34,370 bases of DNA from Octopus bimaculoides (taxonomy: Eukaryota): NCBI RefSeq assembly GCF_001194135.2, contig NC_068983.1, positions 73,580,349 to 73,614,718 of the forward strand, written 5' to 3'. The notes under the pieces were generated by a model. The model had not been told where the DNA came from, made no database searches, and was given only the letters and a program-made list of their open reading frames with translations. This document shows, piece by piece, positions 24,046 to 34,327 of the stretch. How positions within the stretch are numbered: the stretch's first letter is position 1; every line of letters starts with the position of its first letter. A program made the position numbers and the translations under genes.

Positions 24046-24329
24046 ACTACGTGCTACAGATCTTGATAGTGAGACAATGTAACTTTTTTTTTGTGGTAAG
24101 TGTTTTCTAAGTGTATATTGTTATTTTAACAATGATTAGTTTAGTACATCAATAAATCACATGCAATGTTCACAAGATTGGATACTTTTCGCGTAATTGT
24201 AGTATTTGTGGGAAATCTTGATGGAGCAAAACGGATTTCATATTCATAAAAAGTCCCCTAAAATTAACTAATATCACATAAAGTAGCGTTTACAAAAAAA
24301 TTAGTGTTATGCAGTGTATTTTTCTCCTT

Positions 24330-24740
24330 ACTCTTTACTCTCTTTTACTCTTTTACTTGTTTCAGTCATTTGACTGCGGCCATGCTGGAGCACCGCCTTT
24401 AGTCGAGAAAATCGACCCCAGGACTTATTCTTTGTAAGCCTAGTACTTATTCTATCGTTCTCTTTTTGCCGAACCGCTAAGTTACGGAGACGTAAACACA
24501 CCAGCATCGGTTGTCAAGCGATGGTGGGGGGACAAACACAGACACACAAACATATATATATATATACATATATACGACGGGCTTCTTTCAGTTTCCGTTT
24601 ACCAAATCCACTCACAAGGCTTTGGTCGGCCCGAGGCTATAGTAGAAGACACTTTCCCAAGGTGCCACGCAGTGGGACTGAACCCGGAACCATGTGGTTG
24701 GTAAGCAAGCTACTTACCACACAGCCACTCCTGCGCCTAT
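24330..24740 (-). mobile_element. Complete family C composite SINE (tRNA/CORE-like head + microsatellite + 3' module with (AAAGAGT)-like tail)
   Basis: Minus-strand head ggcgcaggagtggctgtgtggtaag...ggttcagtccc; segment accttgggaaagtgtcttctactatagcctcgg resembles the MIR/CORE motif; internal (TA/TG)n at about 24545-24575. Confidence 0.93.
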
Positions 24741-25958
24741 GTAAGTATTTCTAATTAAATATTTAATGCTAACTTAACTATAGTTTTCATGCAGATGGAG
24801 TCACTAAGAACTTAACCTCTCCGATTTAACTTATCAACAAACGAATACAGGACATTTTCATCGTCGTTGTATCAATGATATCTCCGAACAAACCTTAGAA
24901 ATTATTGCTTCAATTCTTCGATAAAATATCTTATTTACGATAGAAAAGTAAAATTAACTGAATTCCGGAATTGTTGAAAGAGACTGAGTCTCATAAAAGC
25001 TTGACCTTATATTTGACTTATTTGACCTTTGTCAGTGATGTCATCAAACCTGTTGAGAACATTGAGTTATTACTAATAAAAATATACTTCTGACCACATA
25101 AACGACATCGACGAAATAATGATACCTCTTGCACTTTTAGTTTTTTCTCTCCTTTCCTTCATTCTGATAAATTGTAGGTTACAGTAATATATTTATTACC
25201 AATATTGATGTGGTAAGATTTATTTTTCACAAGGTTCATTAAACTTGGAGATAAAGATAAATGAAAAAAAAAATAAATATTGGTTGGCAACATGCCATAA
25301 TTCTGAAACTTTGAAGATGACCGGTCTTTTCTGCGGTAGAGCTACAAGAGTTATCGACCTTCCACCAGCGTGATAGACATTAGTGACTTCGTCAGAAATA
25401 TCCATTCGACTCGCTTCCAAAATGTCTTTAAAACAACTTAACAGATTTATCACCTCCTTTCTGCTTCATCAGTTCTCATCACTGGTCTTTATCTGCTCTA
25501 TTAAAAATAATGTATGCCATAAATGTTTGAAAAACTCTACGGAAAATATGAGTTGTGGGATGTCTTGTCGATCAAAATAATGGCGTGATGGAGCAAAACG
25601 GATTTCATATTCATAAAGAGCACCCTAAAATTAACTAATATCACCTAAAGTAGTGTTTACTAAAAAGTTAAGTGTCATGCAGTTTTATTAGACTAGTATC
25701 AATCATAAAACTAATGTTGGCATTCAACGAAGAAATGCCCTAATGCTGTCTTTTTCTCCTTTTGTAAGTATTTCTTATTAAATATTTAATACTAACTTAA
25801 CTCTAGTTTTTCATGCAGATGGAGTCACTGAGTCTCTTGCACACTCCTTTGCTTTCATTTTATTGACATATGTCTTGGAGTGAAGTCTAAAAATAATGTA
25901 AACACTACAGAGACTCCAGGATATTTGTGTGACTGACCACGAAATAATAATAATAATA

Positions 25959-26654
25959 ATTCTTTCTACTATAGGCACACGGCCTGAAATTTTGGGGCAT
26001 GGGTCTAGTCGATTAGATCAATTCTCAGTGCTCAAATTAAACATATTTTATTGATCCCAAAAGGATGAAAAGCAAAGTCAGCTCCGATGGTACTTGAAAC
26101 CAGATAGTAAAACCAGAAGAAATGCCTCTAAGCATTTTGTCCGGCGTTCTAATGATTCCGCCATCTCACTGCCTTTGAACACGAAAGTAATAAAGATACT
26201 GGTTTCTAATTTAGGTATAAAGCCAGCAATTTTGAGGGTTGGAGGTTAGTCGACACCATCAACTCCAGTACTTGGCTGGTACTTCATGTTAACGACCCCG
26301 GAAGGATGAATAAACAAAGTTGACCTCGGAGGGATTCCAAGTTAAGTTGTAAAGAGTCAGAACAAATATCACAAAGCATTTTTGCCGATACTATCACCAT
26401 TCTACAAGTTCGCCTTGCTTTCTGTTTTTCTATAGTGTGTCTAATTTAGGTAGAAGGCAAACAATTTTGAGGGAAGGGGAACAGTCGACTACATCTACCC
26501 TTGTTCTCCATTGATTGTATATCTTATCGACCCCGAACGGATGTAAGGCAAAGTTGACCTCAACCGCATTTGAACTCAGAACGTAAAGAGCCTGAAAAAA
26601 AAATGCCGCTAAGTATTTTTTCCGGTGCAATAACAATTCTGCCAACTTGCTGCC

Positions 26655-26660
<6 letters not shown>
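25959..26660 (-). mobile_element. Three head-to-tail decayed family B SINEs
   Basis: Repeated units ttt.aggg...agtcga...gaccc...ggatg...aaagt.gacctc at about 25960-26180, 26200-26420 and 26440-26660. Confidence 0.85.
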
Positions 26661-26705
<45 letters not shown>

Positions 26706-26730
26706 ACACGCACAACGACAACAACGATAA
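26655..26730. repeat. (CTA)n and (CAA)-like trinucleotide repeat
   Basis: Seen directly; explains the poly-Thr ORF 26570..26758. Confidence 0.95.
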
Positions 26731-26889
26731 TCCTTTCTGCTATAGACACAATGTCTGAAATTTGAAGGGTTAGTCGATTTCCTCTTTATAAAAGAAAAAC
26801 CTATGAACTTCAATTTCTGGTGTAGAAAGATGGGCCCCTCCTTATCCATTTTGCTTGTCTTGTCTTGGAGTGTATTCCTATTTTTCAGA

Positions 26890-27300
26890 TTTTATTTTTG
26901 TTTTCTTTTCTTTCTCTTACCCCTGTTTCCAGCATTCTGCCACTTTTGTATGTTTTCCATCTCCTGATCATCACAAGACGATGGGATGGTGCTGCTAGTT
27001 TGCATCTGGATAGGGTCTCCTATGTGTCCTGGTCGGTTCTTGGAACCGAGGACAAGGCAGTATCCTTCGATAATTCTGTGGCTACGTCCGGTGGTGCACT
27101 AGAAATAACATTTCTTGCTGGCTGCAGATACTGTTTATTTTACCATTTCCAGCTTTTATGGACAAAACCCCATTTAAATGAGCTTTATTGTCACATGTGT
27201 AAGAAAACCGAGCTTTCTGCCTTGTATGATGAGTCGTAAAGGCTTTGACTTAGCATTTATTATAGGATATAACTCAGGGATTATGTTGTGTTCTTATGGG
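26890..27300 (-). mobile_element. Probable LINE ORF1 (gag-like zinc knuckle) remnant
   Basis: Minus-strand IIPELYPIINAKSKPLRLIIQGRK, then frameshifted (S)YTCDNKAHL...CP (decayed CX2CX4HX4C), then DQEMENIQKWQNAGNRGKRKKRK. Heavily decayed. Confidence 0.45.
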
Positions 27301-27775
27301 AGGTCATAATAATTTGTATCTACATAGAGAGTTCACCCGATTACATATTACTTCAAGGATATGTGGACGATAGAGTCTCTATGTCCATACTGTGCAACAA
27401 AAATGACTATGAACCAAAAGTCAGCTTTTTTACTGTAACCTTCATTTCTATTCGCCTTAAATACCGTGGGACTTATCTATAGTTTAGTGTGTGATTTTCT
27501 GACTGTTGTGTGACATCAGTTTTAATCACCTATATACTCTCCTGCACATAATGTACTAGATCTCAATCCGTGTATCAGTGAACGGTGTTTCTAATTTGCC
27601 TCTAATTGTTCTTGGATAGTGGAAAGAAAAAAATGTTTTAAATTATACTGATTCAAACAGATAACTTAATAAAAATATCAATCTTGGGAATTGAAAATCA
27701 TTATACCCAGAGATAATTCTTTTCTAACAGCTTTGTATACTATCAGGTTGGGTTCCAAAAGATTTCTCTTCAAGG

Positions 27776-28166
27776 TTGTTGTTGTTGGCACTCCGTCGCT
27801 TACGACGTCGAGGGTTCCAGTTGATCCGATTAACGGAACAGCCTGCTCGTGAAATTAACGTGCAAGTGGATGAGCACTCCACAGACACGTGTACCCTTAA
27901 CGTAGTTCTCGGGGAGATTCAGCGTGACACAGTGTGACAAGGCTGACCCTTTGAATTACAGGTACAACAGAAACAGGAAGAAAGAGTGAGAGAAAGTTGT
28001 GGTTTAAAGAGTACAGCAAGGTTCGCCACCATCCCCTGCTGGAGCCTCGTGGAGCTTTAGGTGTTTTCGCTCAATAAACACTCACAACACTCGGTCTGGG
28101 AATCGAAACCGCGGTCATAGGATCGCGAGTCCGCTGCCCCTAAACACTGGGCCATTGCACCGCCAC
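27776..28166 (-). mobile_element. Full-length family A SINE
   Basis: TSD tctcttcaagg at 27765-27775 and 28167-28177; (CAA)n tail; near-identical to 6174-6557. Confidence 0.96.
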
Positions 28167-28326
28167 TCTCTTCAAGGAAGTCTGCCNNNNNNNNNNGGCA
28201 TTGTGTCCCCTCACAAAAAAACAAAAAACAAAAAAACTCCCAGCGTTCCGTTTCTTTGATGTGATTCTATAAATGCGAGTCGGACTTTTGGTGTCTTTCG
28301 GTGACGCTAAAGAATCGTTATCAGAA

Positions 28327-28540
28327 GGCGGCGAGCTGGCGGAATCGTTAGCACGTCGGGCGAAAAGCTGAGCGGTATTTCATCTGTCTTTACGTTCTGA
28401 GTTCGAATTCCGCCGAGGTCGACTTTACCTTTCATCCTTTCTGGGTCGATAAATTAAGTACCAGTTGCGTACTGAGACGATCTAATCGACTGACTCCCTC
28501 CTCCCAAATTTCAGGCCTTGTGCCTATAGTAGAAATTAAA
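28327..28540 (+). mobile_element. Family B tRNA-SINE (young)
   Basis: ggcggcgagctggcggaatcgttagcacg...gagttcgaattccgccgaggtcgac...ggtcgataaattaagtaccag. Confidence 0.93.
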
Positions 28541-28883
28541 AAAAAAATTTATTGGGAAATAATTTGAAGTAAACAAGGGACGCAACTCAGGATTTGCAGG
28601 CGAAGGGAGGTTACTCTTTCTGAAAATTTACCTAAATTCCACAGCTATTTCACATGCAACTATTTGAGGATTAATCCTGAAATAATATTTTTCATTTTAT
28701 ATTTGAAAACCAAATACTGTTAACATATGAAAGAAAAAATTAGAACAGCACATGCAAAGACAATCCACATTTTCTAATTTAATCTTAATCAGGGTATCAA
28801 CAAGGGACTTTTTTTGGGGTTGTCTTTTATCTTTGACTAGGTTATTGATTGAACAAATCGAACCTAGCCATTTATTTTTGGAG

Positions 28884-28971
28884 CTACTTGTATGTAACAT
28901 CGTGCAGGCGTACAATTGCTATACATTCGTATATACATGTGGTACACCTTCACGATGTTACGTGCAAGTAG
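28884..28971. repeat. Imperfect inverted repeat or hairpin with 25-bp outer arms
   Basis: 28884-28908 versus the reverse complement of 28947-28971: 22/25, with further inner pairing gtac/gtac. Confidence 0.85.
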
Positions 28972-29366
28972 AAAATAAATGGCTCCAAATATTTTAAACC
29001 ATTGTTCGTTTTTGTTATCACAGTGGTGATTGTGACCCTGCTTGCCTAGATTTCTACACGAAGCAGCAACAAGAGTGTTATGGGGAGAATGAGAAAGATG
29101 GTTAGAGACCAGAAGTATTTGAGGGGGCAAATACAATGAAGAAAAATGGCTGAGTAGTGGTTCATGATAAATACCTGGAGGAAAGGTAGGGAACAGTAGG
29201 GGATGACTGTGGAGATTGGGTAAGGTTGAGAGGTGGGAATAGTGAATGGTGGACAAGGTTGGATAGGTGATCAATGGTACATATGAGGCAGAGGAAGGTG
29301 GAGGAGAGTAGGTGATGGTTGATAGTACAGAAGTAGATGAGGAATAGCAGGATAGTAATAATACAA

Positions 29367-29593
29367 GGCGGTGAGCTGGCAGAACTGTTAGCACGCCGGA
29401 CGAAATGTTTAGCGGTATTTCTTCTTTACGTTCTGAGTTCAAATTCCGCCGAGGTCAACTTTGCCTTTCATCCTTTTGGGGTCGATTAAATAAGTACCAG
29501 TTACGCACTGGGGTCAATATAATCGACTTAATCCATTTGTCTGTCCTTATTGTCCCCTCTGTGTGTAGCCCCTTGTGGGTAGTAAAGAAATAA
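29367..29593 (+). mobile_element. Family B SINE, long-tail variant, with TSD
   Basis: TSD ggatagt(a/g)ataataca at 29350-29365 and 29594-29609; same tail as 8747-8930. Confidence 0.94.
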
Positions 29594-30024
29594 GGATAGT
29601 GATAATACAGTAGTCGGGAGAAGAATAAGAGAGGGAGATGATGTATGTAGGGTATGTAGGTTGCTTGAGAGTGAAGGGAGAGCCAAATACAGTGCTGGAG
29701 AGTGAAAGATGTATGGTGGTTAAAGGGAGATAAGTTGCTAGCACAAAAGGGTGATCAGTGTAAAATAGGAGCAGGGAAAGACAGTATTTAGGATTGAGAT
29801 GGCTGATGTGTGAAGTGGTTCCAAGAATTGTGGAAGATGACTGGTATCTCGGAAAAAGAGGATGGAATAATTACAGCAGCAAAATACTTTAGTTACGAAA
29901 AGGGGTCAGTGATAAAGAGAAGATGGATAGCAATGAAGGCTTGAGAAGGAAATTAGGCAAGGGGTTCAGTTGTGTACATCCTGCCCCATACATTGTGTTT
30001 CCAGAATCACACATTTGTCATGAT

Positions 30025-30132
30025 GGATGGGTCTTCTTTAGCACTGCATATCACCAGTTATTCTAGTCCTCTTTCGTCTTTGTAAGGCTCAAAGTCTTGA
30101 GATCAGCCTTCAGTACTTTGGAAGACAGACAT
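30025..30132 (-). mobile_element. RTE-type LINE ORF2 C-terminal remnant
   Basis: Minus-strand KVLKADLKTLSLTK..ED*NNW*YAVLKKT resembles RTE C-termini (VxxDLxxLxL...DRxxWR); short and decayed. Confidence 0.5.
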
Positions 30133-30367
30133 TTAATAATAATGATGATGATGACAACGAATGATGACAACGATGAGGATGATGACAACAATGTTGGCGG
30201 TGAGAATGATGATGAAGATGATGATGATATAAGATCTCCTTAATTGCACCTGTTCACAAATGTGCAATTACAATATCATCAATTATATAATTGGAGATAC
30301 GTGTTTCTTTAAAGAGACAGATAAAATTGATAAGTTAGAGGAGAGAAGAAATGTGTTTGTGTTTGTT

Positions 30368-30413
<46 letters not shown>

Positions 30414-30789
30414 GTTTCTATCTCCTTTGTTTTATTTTGTAGAAGACCAGGGCAATGTTGATCGAACTGAATCAGTATATTGCTGGTATTTCATTTGAAA
30501 TTTTGGCACAATCAATGTGTCAGACAAAATAATTATGGCTCTTTACATGCTGAGTTCAGATTTCACTGAGATCAAATACATCCTTCTTGAGTTGATAAAA
30601 AATAAAGTAGTAATCAAATAATCAAATATTGGGGGTCAATTCCAGTGAAGCACCTTAGATGTGAAGGGAATTATGATAAAGAGCAGAACCTCTGAAGAAG
30701 GAAATCCCAGCATAGTTGAACTCTCAGTTATAGAGGGAATGAAACTAAATACTGTGTAACACATTAAATATGAAACTGTAACTTCTTCG

Positions 30790-30960
30790 CCACTCAACCA
30801 CCACCACTGCTGCTGTTGCTGTTGTTACCACCACCACTGCCGCCGTCGCCACCACCGCCACCAGCACCAGCAGCGTCAGCAGCAGCACCACCACCACCAG
30901 CACTACCACCAATACAACCACCACCACCACCAACAGCAACAGCATTACAACCACCACTGT
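30790..30960. repeat. Compound (ACC)/(GCT)/(AGC) trinucleotide repeat
   Basis: Seen directly; explains the poly-Val and poly-Gly ORFs 30745..31003. Confidence 0.93.
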
Positions 30961-31204
30961 TATCACCATCATAAAACATTTCAATAATTATTGAGTACTG
31001 CAAGCGGGTGTGTGGTAGAATGAGTTGAATTGGTAGAATTAGAGTGAATGAACTTCCTTATCATTCTGTGTTCCTATTTTGTTAAGGTAAACTTTGCCTT
31101 ATAATAATTAGTTATAGCCGTGTGCATTCCGAGGGGTGTTCCTTCTCAGCTGTGTGCTTGGTTTATATGTAGGAAAGGAATAAAACTGACTGCACAAGGT
31201 TTTT

Positions 31205-32330
31205 TTGAGATGAAGCTGTACATGGCTATGGTATGTCCACACTTAGAGTTTGCATCACCAGTCTGGAACCCCTATATCTTGCTCAGCATACCAGTCTCCT
31301 GGAAACTGTTCAGAAACGTGCCACCCGACAAATACCTGCTGTCAGGCATCTTCCATTCTCTGAATGTCTTGCTTCCTTGGGCATGGACACATTAAAGCTC
31401 CAATGTCTGGCAACCTACTTGGTAAACACCCGCAAGATTATCCATCAGCTTTCCAACAACAACCTTGGGTACCTTTTTGAATTCCACCTGTCTAACACTC
31501 ATGGACATGCTTACAAAATCAAATAACAACACAGCACCCTTGACTTTCAGAAACATTTTTTTCACACTCAGAATTGCTGAAGCATGGAATAAACTATCTG
31601 CATTATTTGTTAGCTGTCAGGATATGTTGTTGTTGGCACTCCGTTGCTTACGACGTCGAGGGTTCCAGTTGATCCGATCAACGGAACAGCCGGCTCGTGA
31701 AATTAACGTGCAAGTGGCTGAGCACTCCACAGACACGTGTACCCTTAACGTAGTTCTCGGGGATATTCAGTGTGACACAGTGTGACAAGGCTGACCCTTT
31801 GAATTATAGGCACAACAGAAACAGGAAGTANNNNNNNNNNCAGACACGTGTACCCTTAACGTAGTTCTCGGGGATATTCAGTGTGACACAGTGTGACAAG
31901 GCTGACCCTTTGAATTATAGGCACAACAGAAACAGGAAGTAAGAGTGAGAGAAAGTTGTGGTGAAAGAGTACAGCAGGGTTCGCCACCATCCTCTGCCGG
32001 AGCCTCGTGGAGCTTTAAGGTGTTTTCGCTCAATAAACACTCACAACGCTCGGCCTGGTAATCGAAACCGCGATCCTATGACCGCGAGTCCACTGCCCTA
32101 ACCACTGGGCCATTGCGCCTCCACTGTCAGGATATGACATCCTTCAAGACATCTATGCTTCCTGAAATTCACCAACAGTGTGCCTGATCTACTCCCTCCC
32201 CAATTTTTTTAAAGAACTTATTCATTGTTCACTTCTTGAGCATACTCTATGCACTTTTAGCTCTTTTTTCTGATGAGTTGTAGAGCCCCTGAATACTGTA
32301 CACTATAAGTTCATTATTATTATTATTATT
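31205..32330 (+). mobile_element. 5'-truncated CR1-clade LINE 3' end, interrupted by a family A SINE
   Basis: KLYMAMVCPHLEFASPVWNPY / LLETVQKRATRQIP...GHAYKIK / KHFFTLRIAEAWNKL (typical CR1 ORF2 C-terminus); resumes after the SINE at 32125 and ends in (ATT)n at 32313-32330. Confidence 0.9.
31627..32124 (-). mobile_element. Family A SINE with a 100-bp duplication across a 10-N gap
   Basis: TSD tgtcaggatatg at 31615-31626 and 32125-32136; 31731-31830 is identical to 31841-31940. Confidence 0.95.
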
Positions 32331-33455
32331 TGAATGATGGTTACTTGCATGCGTGCATACAGTGCAAATTTCTGTGCATATGTGCTACAGAAAAATTAGA
32401 CAAGATATTGATTCTTAGTTTAAATTGTGCAAAGATCAACTTTGCTTTTAATCAAGTACTGGAGCCAATTTAATCAACTAATCTCTCTTACCACTTGTGC
32501 CCATGTTAAAAAAAATAAAATCAATAATTATTGACCAGTAAAATAATCAATAGTTGTATTCTTTCACATCCTAATTTGATTGATGAGTTTGACATTTAAA
32601 TTGAATTTTGGTAGGATGAAGTCTACAAAAAAACAAAAAAAAAAACATGTGTAGGGAGGAATATCTAGAGGGATCTAGTTATAGGAACAAATAATTAGAC
32701 AGAGTATGAAAGGCAACATTTGACAAGAAGTTAGACACTATAAAGATGCTGAAAGATGATGAGTGAATACATTATTGAGACAGCTAAGGGTGGTATACAG
32801 CTTTGCTAGTTTAGTGGTGGAAGGTATGGGAAGTAAAGAGAAGAAATAACACATCAGTGAACCAGTTGATTGGTTAGTTATTGTTGTCTAATTCTAGACT
32901 TGTTCTGATTAGGTTTTCCTGCAGTGACCATCCTCTCTTTTCCTTATGTAGAGGTAACCAAGGACCATATTATCCAGTGGCTTCTTTTCTAAAACAATGG
33001 CGATGAGTTTTAAGGAAGATTAAACTACTATTTCTAGTAGGTCAAATGATCGTGCAGAGTCTCCTTGTTGGCAGGCTCAGAGAGGTTGTCCTTATTTGAA
33101 GAGGATTAACCATCTTATATTTTCATAAATTGGTATAAATGATAGAAAGAAAGAAAGAAAGAATGAAAGAAAGAAAGAATGAAAGAAAGATTAATGTACT
33201 TGGTAAATATAGGAGCCAGCCTTGAGGCACACTCTTTGAGAATAATGGCAGGTATATATTTAGTTTATGTGTGTATGTAGTGATGAGACAGACGGAATGG
33301 AGAAGATGGTATGCATGTGTGTGTGCCTGCGGATAAATGGAAATAGATTTGTTGGTTTTATCTGCAAGAGTGCTACAGAAAAATCCTAGTAGCAGAAGGA
33401 TTCTGAAAAGATAAGGGAGAGTAATATGACCTCTTAATTTTTAGCAAGTGATTGT

Positions 33456-33830
33456 CATCATCATCATCATCATCGTTTAACGTCCGCTTTCCATGCTAGC
33501 ATGGGTTGGACGATTTGACTGAGGACTGGTGAAACCGGATGGCAAGACCATGCTCCAATCTGATTTGGCAGAATTTCTACAGCTGGATGCCCTTCCTAAC
33601 GCCAACCACTCAGAGAGTGTAGTGGGTGCATTTACGTGTCACCCGCACGAAGGCCAGTCAGGCGGTATTGGCAACAGCCACGCTCAAAATGGTGCATTTT
33701 ATGTGCCACTCGCACAAGAGCCAGTCCAGGAGCACTGGCAATGATCTCGCTCGAAAATCCTATGAAGGCCAGTCAGGTGGTACTGGCAACGGCCACGCTC
33801 AAACTGGTGTATTTTATGTGCCACCCGCAC
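33456..33830 (-). mobile_element. RTE-associated SINE or LINE 3' end with (GAT)n tail and an internal duplication
   Basis: Minus strand ends ...gcggacgttaaacgatgatgatg and contains ggttggcgttaggaagggcatccagc; about 67-bp units repeated near 33650-33715 and 33764-33830; a tail fragment also lies near 13500-13525 (+). Confidence 0.8.
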
Positions 33831-34239
33831 GTGCAAAAATATTATATTGTGTAATATTTTTCAGACAAAAGCATGGACCTGCAGGGCCTTTGAAAGAAAT
33901 TTAGCAAATGTGGGACAAGACTGCTTTGAGGTCTTACAAGGTGGGATTCCTTTCAAAATTAAGGAAGCTGTGAAGATGTTCTTTTTTGTACTTTTTTTGA
34001 AGGTGATGTCCAGCAGATATCTCTTTCAACGTGAGTCTTACTTTACAGATTGCACCCCTGTACATGGCTAGTATGGCTTTCACCAGCCATTCATCTACTC
34101 ATAGCTTCCACAGAAACCACCAGATCTTGAGTAAGGGATCTTGTTGAAGGTAGTTTCTAGGTCAACAAATGCCAAATACAATGGAATACTTTTGGCTAAA
34201 CACTTCTTCTGAAACTATCTGTGTTCACACAAATACATA

Positions 34240-34327
34240 TTTATGCATGTGTGTGTGAACGTGTATAAATGCGTGTATGTGTATAACTACACACACATAT
34301 ACATACATATATATACATATATATATG

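Larger units (their letters stand above)
21963..25684 (+). mobile_element. Chapaev3-type (CMC superfamily) DNA transposon fossil with two right termini (24316 and 25684)
   Basis: Left end CACTGCATGAC; about 100-bp imperfect subterminal inverted repeats; transposase remnant 22389-24045; TTA at 21960-21962 and 25685-25687. The superfamily call rests on recalled CMC motifs and CAC termini. Confidence 0.8.

Noticed and set aside
28864-29442. 192-aa minus-strand ORF
   Set aside because: It starts in a SINE and continues through pyrimidine-skewed low-complexity DNA that is depleted of stop codons.
31731-31940. 100-bp exact duplication inside a SINE
   Set aside because: The two identical copies abut a 10-N gap and the other two family members lack it; this is an unmerged contig overlap.
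33865-33940. Possible exon (tttttcag|...caag|gt) TKAWTCRAFERNLANVGQDCFEVLQ
   Set aside because: Weak donor (gtggga), no recognisable protein and no partner exons; RNA-seq would be needed.
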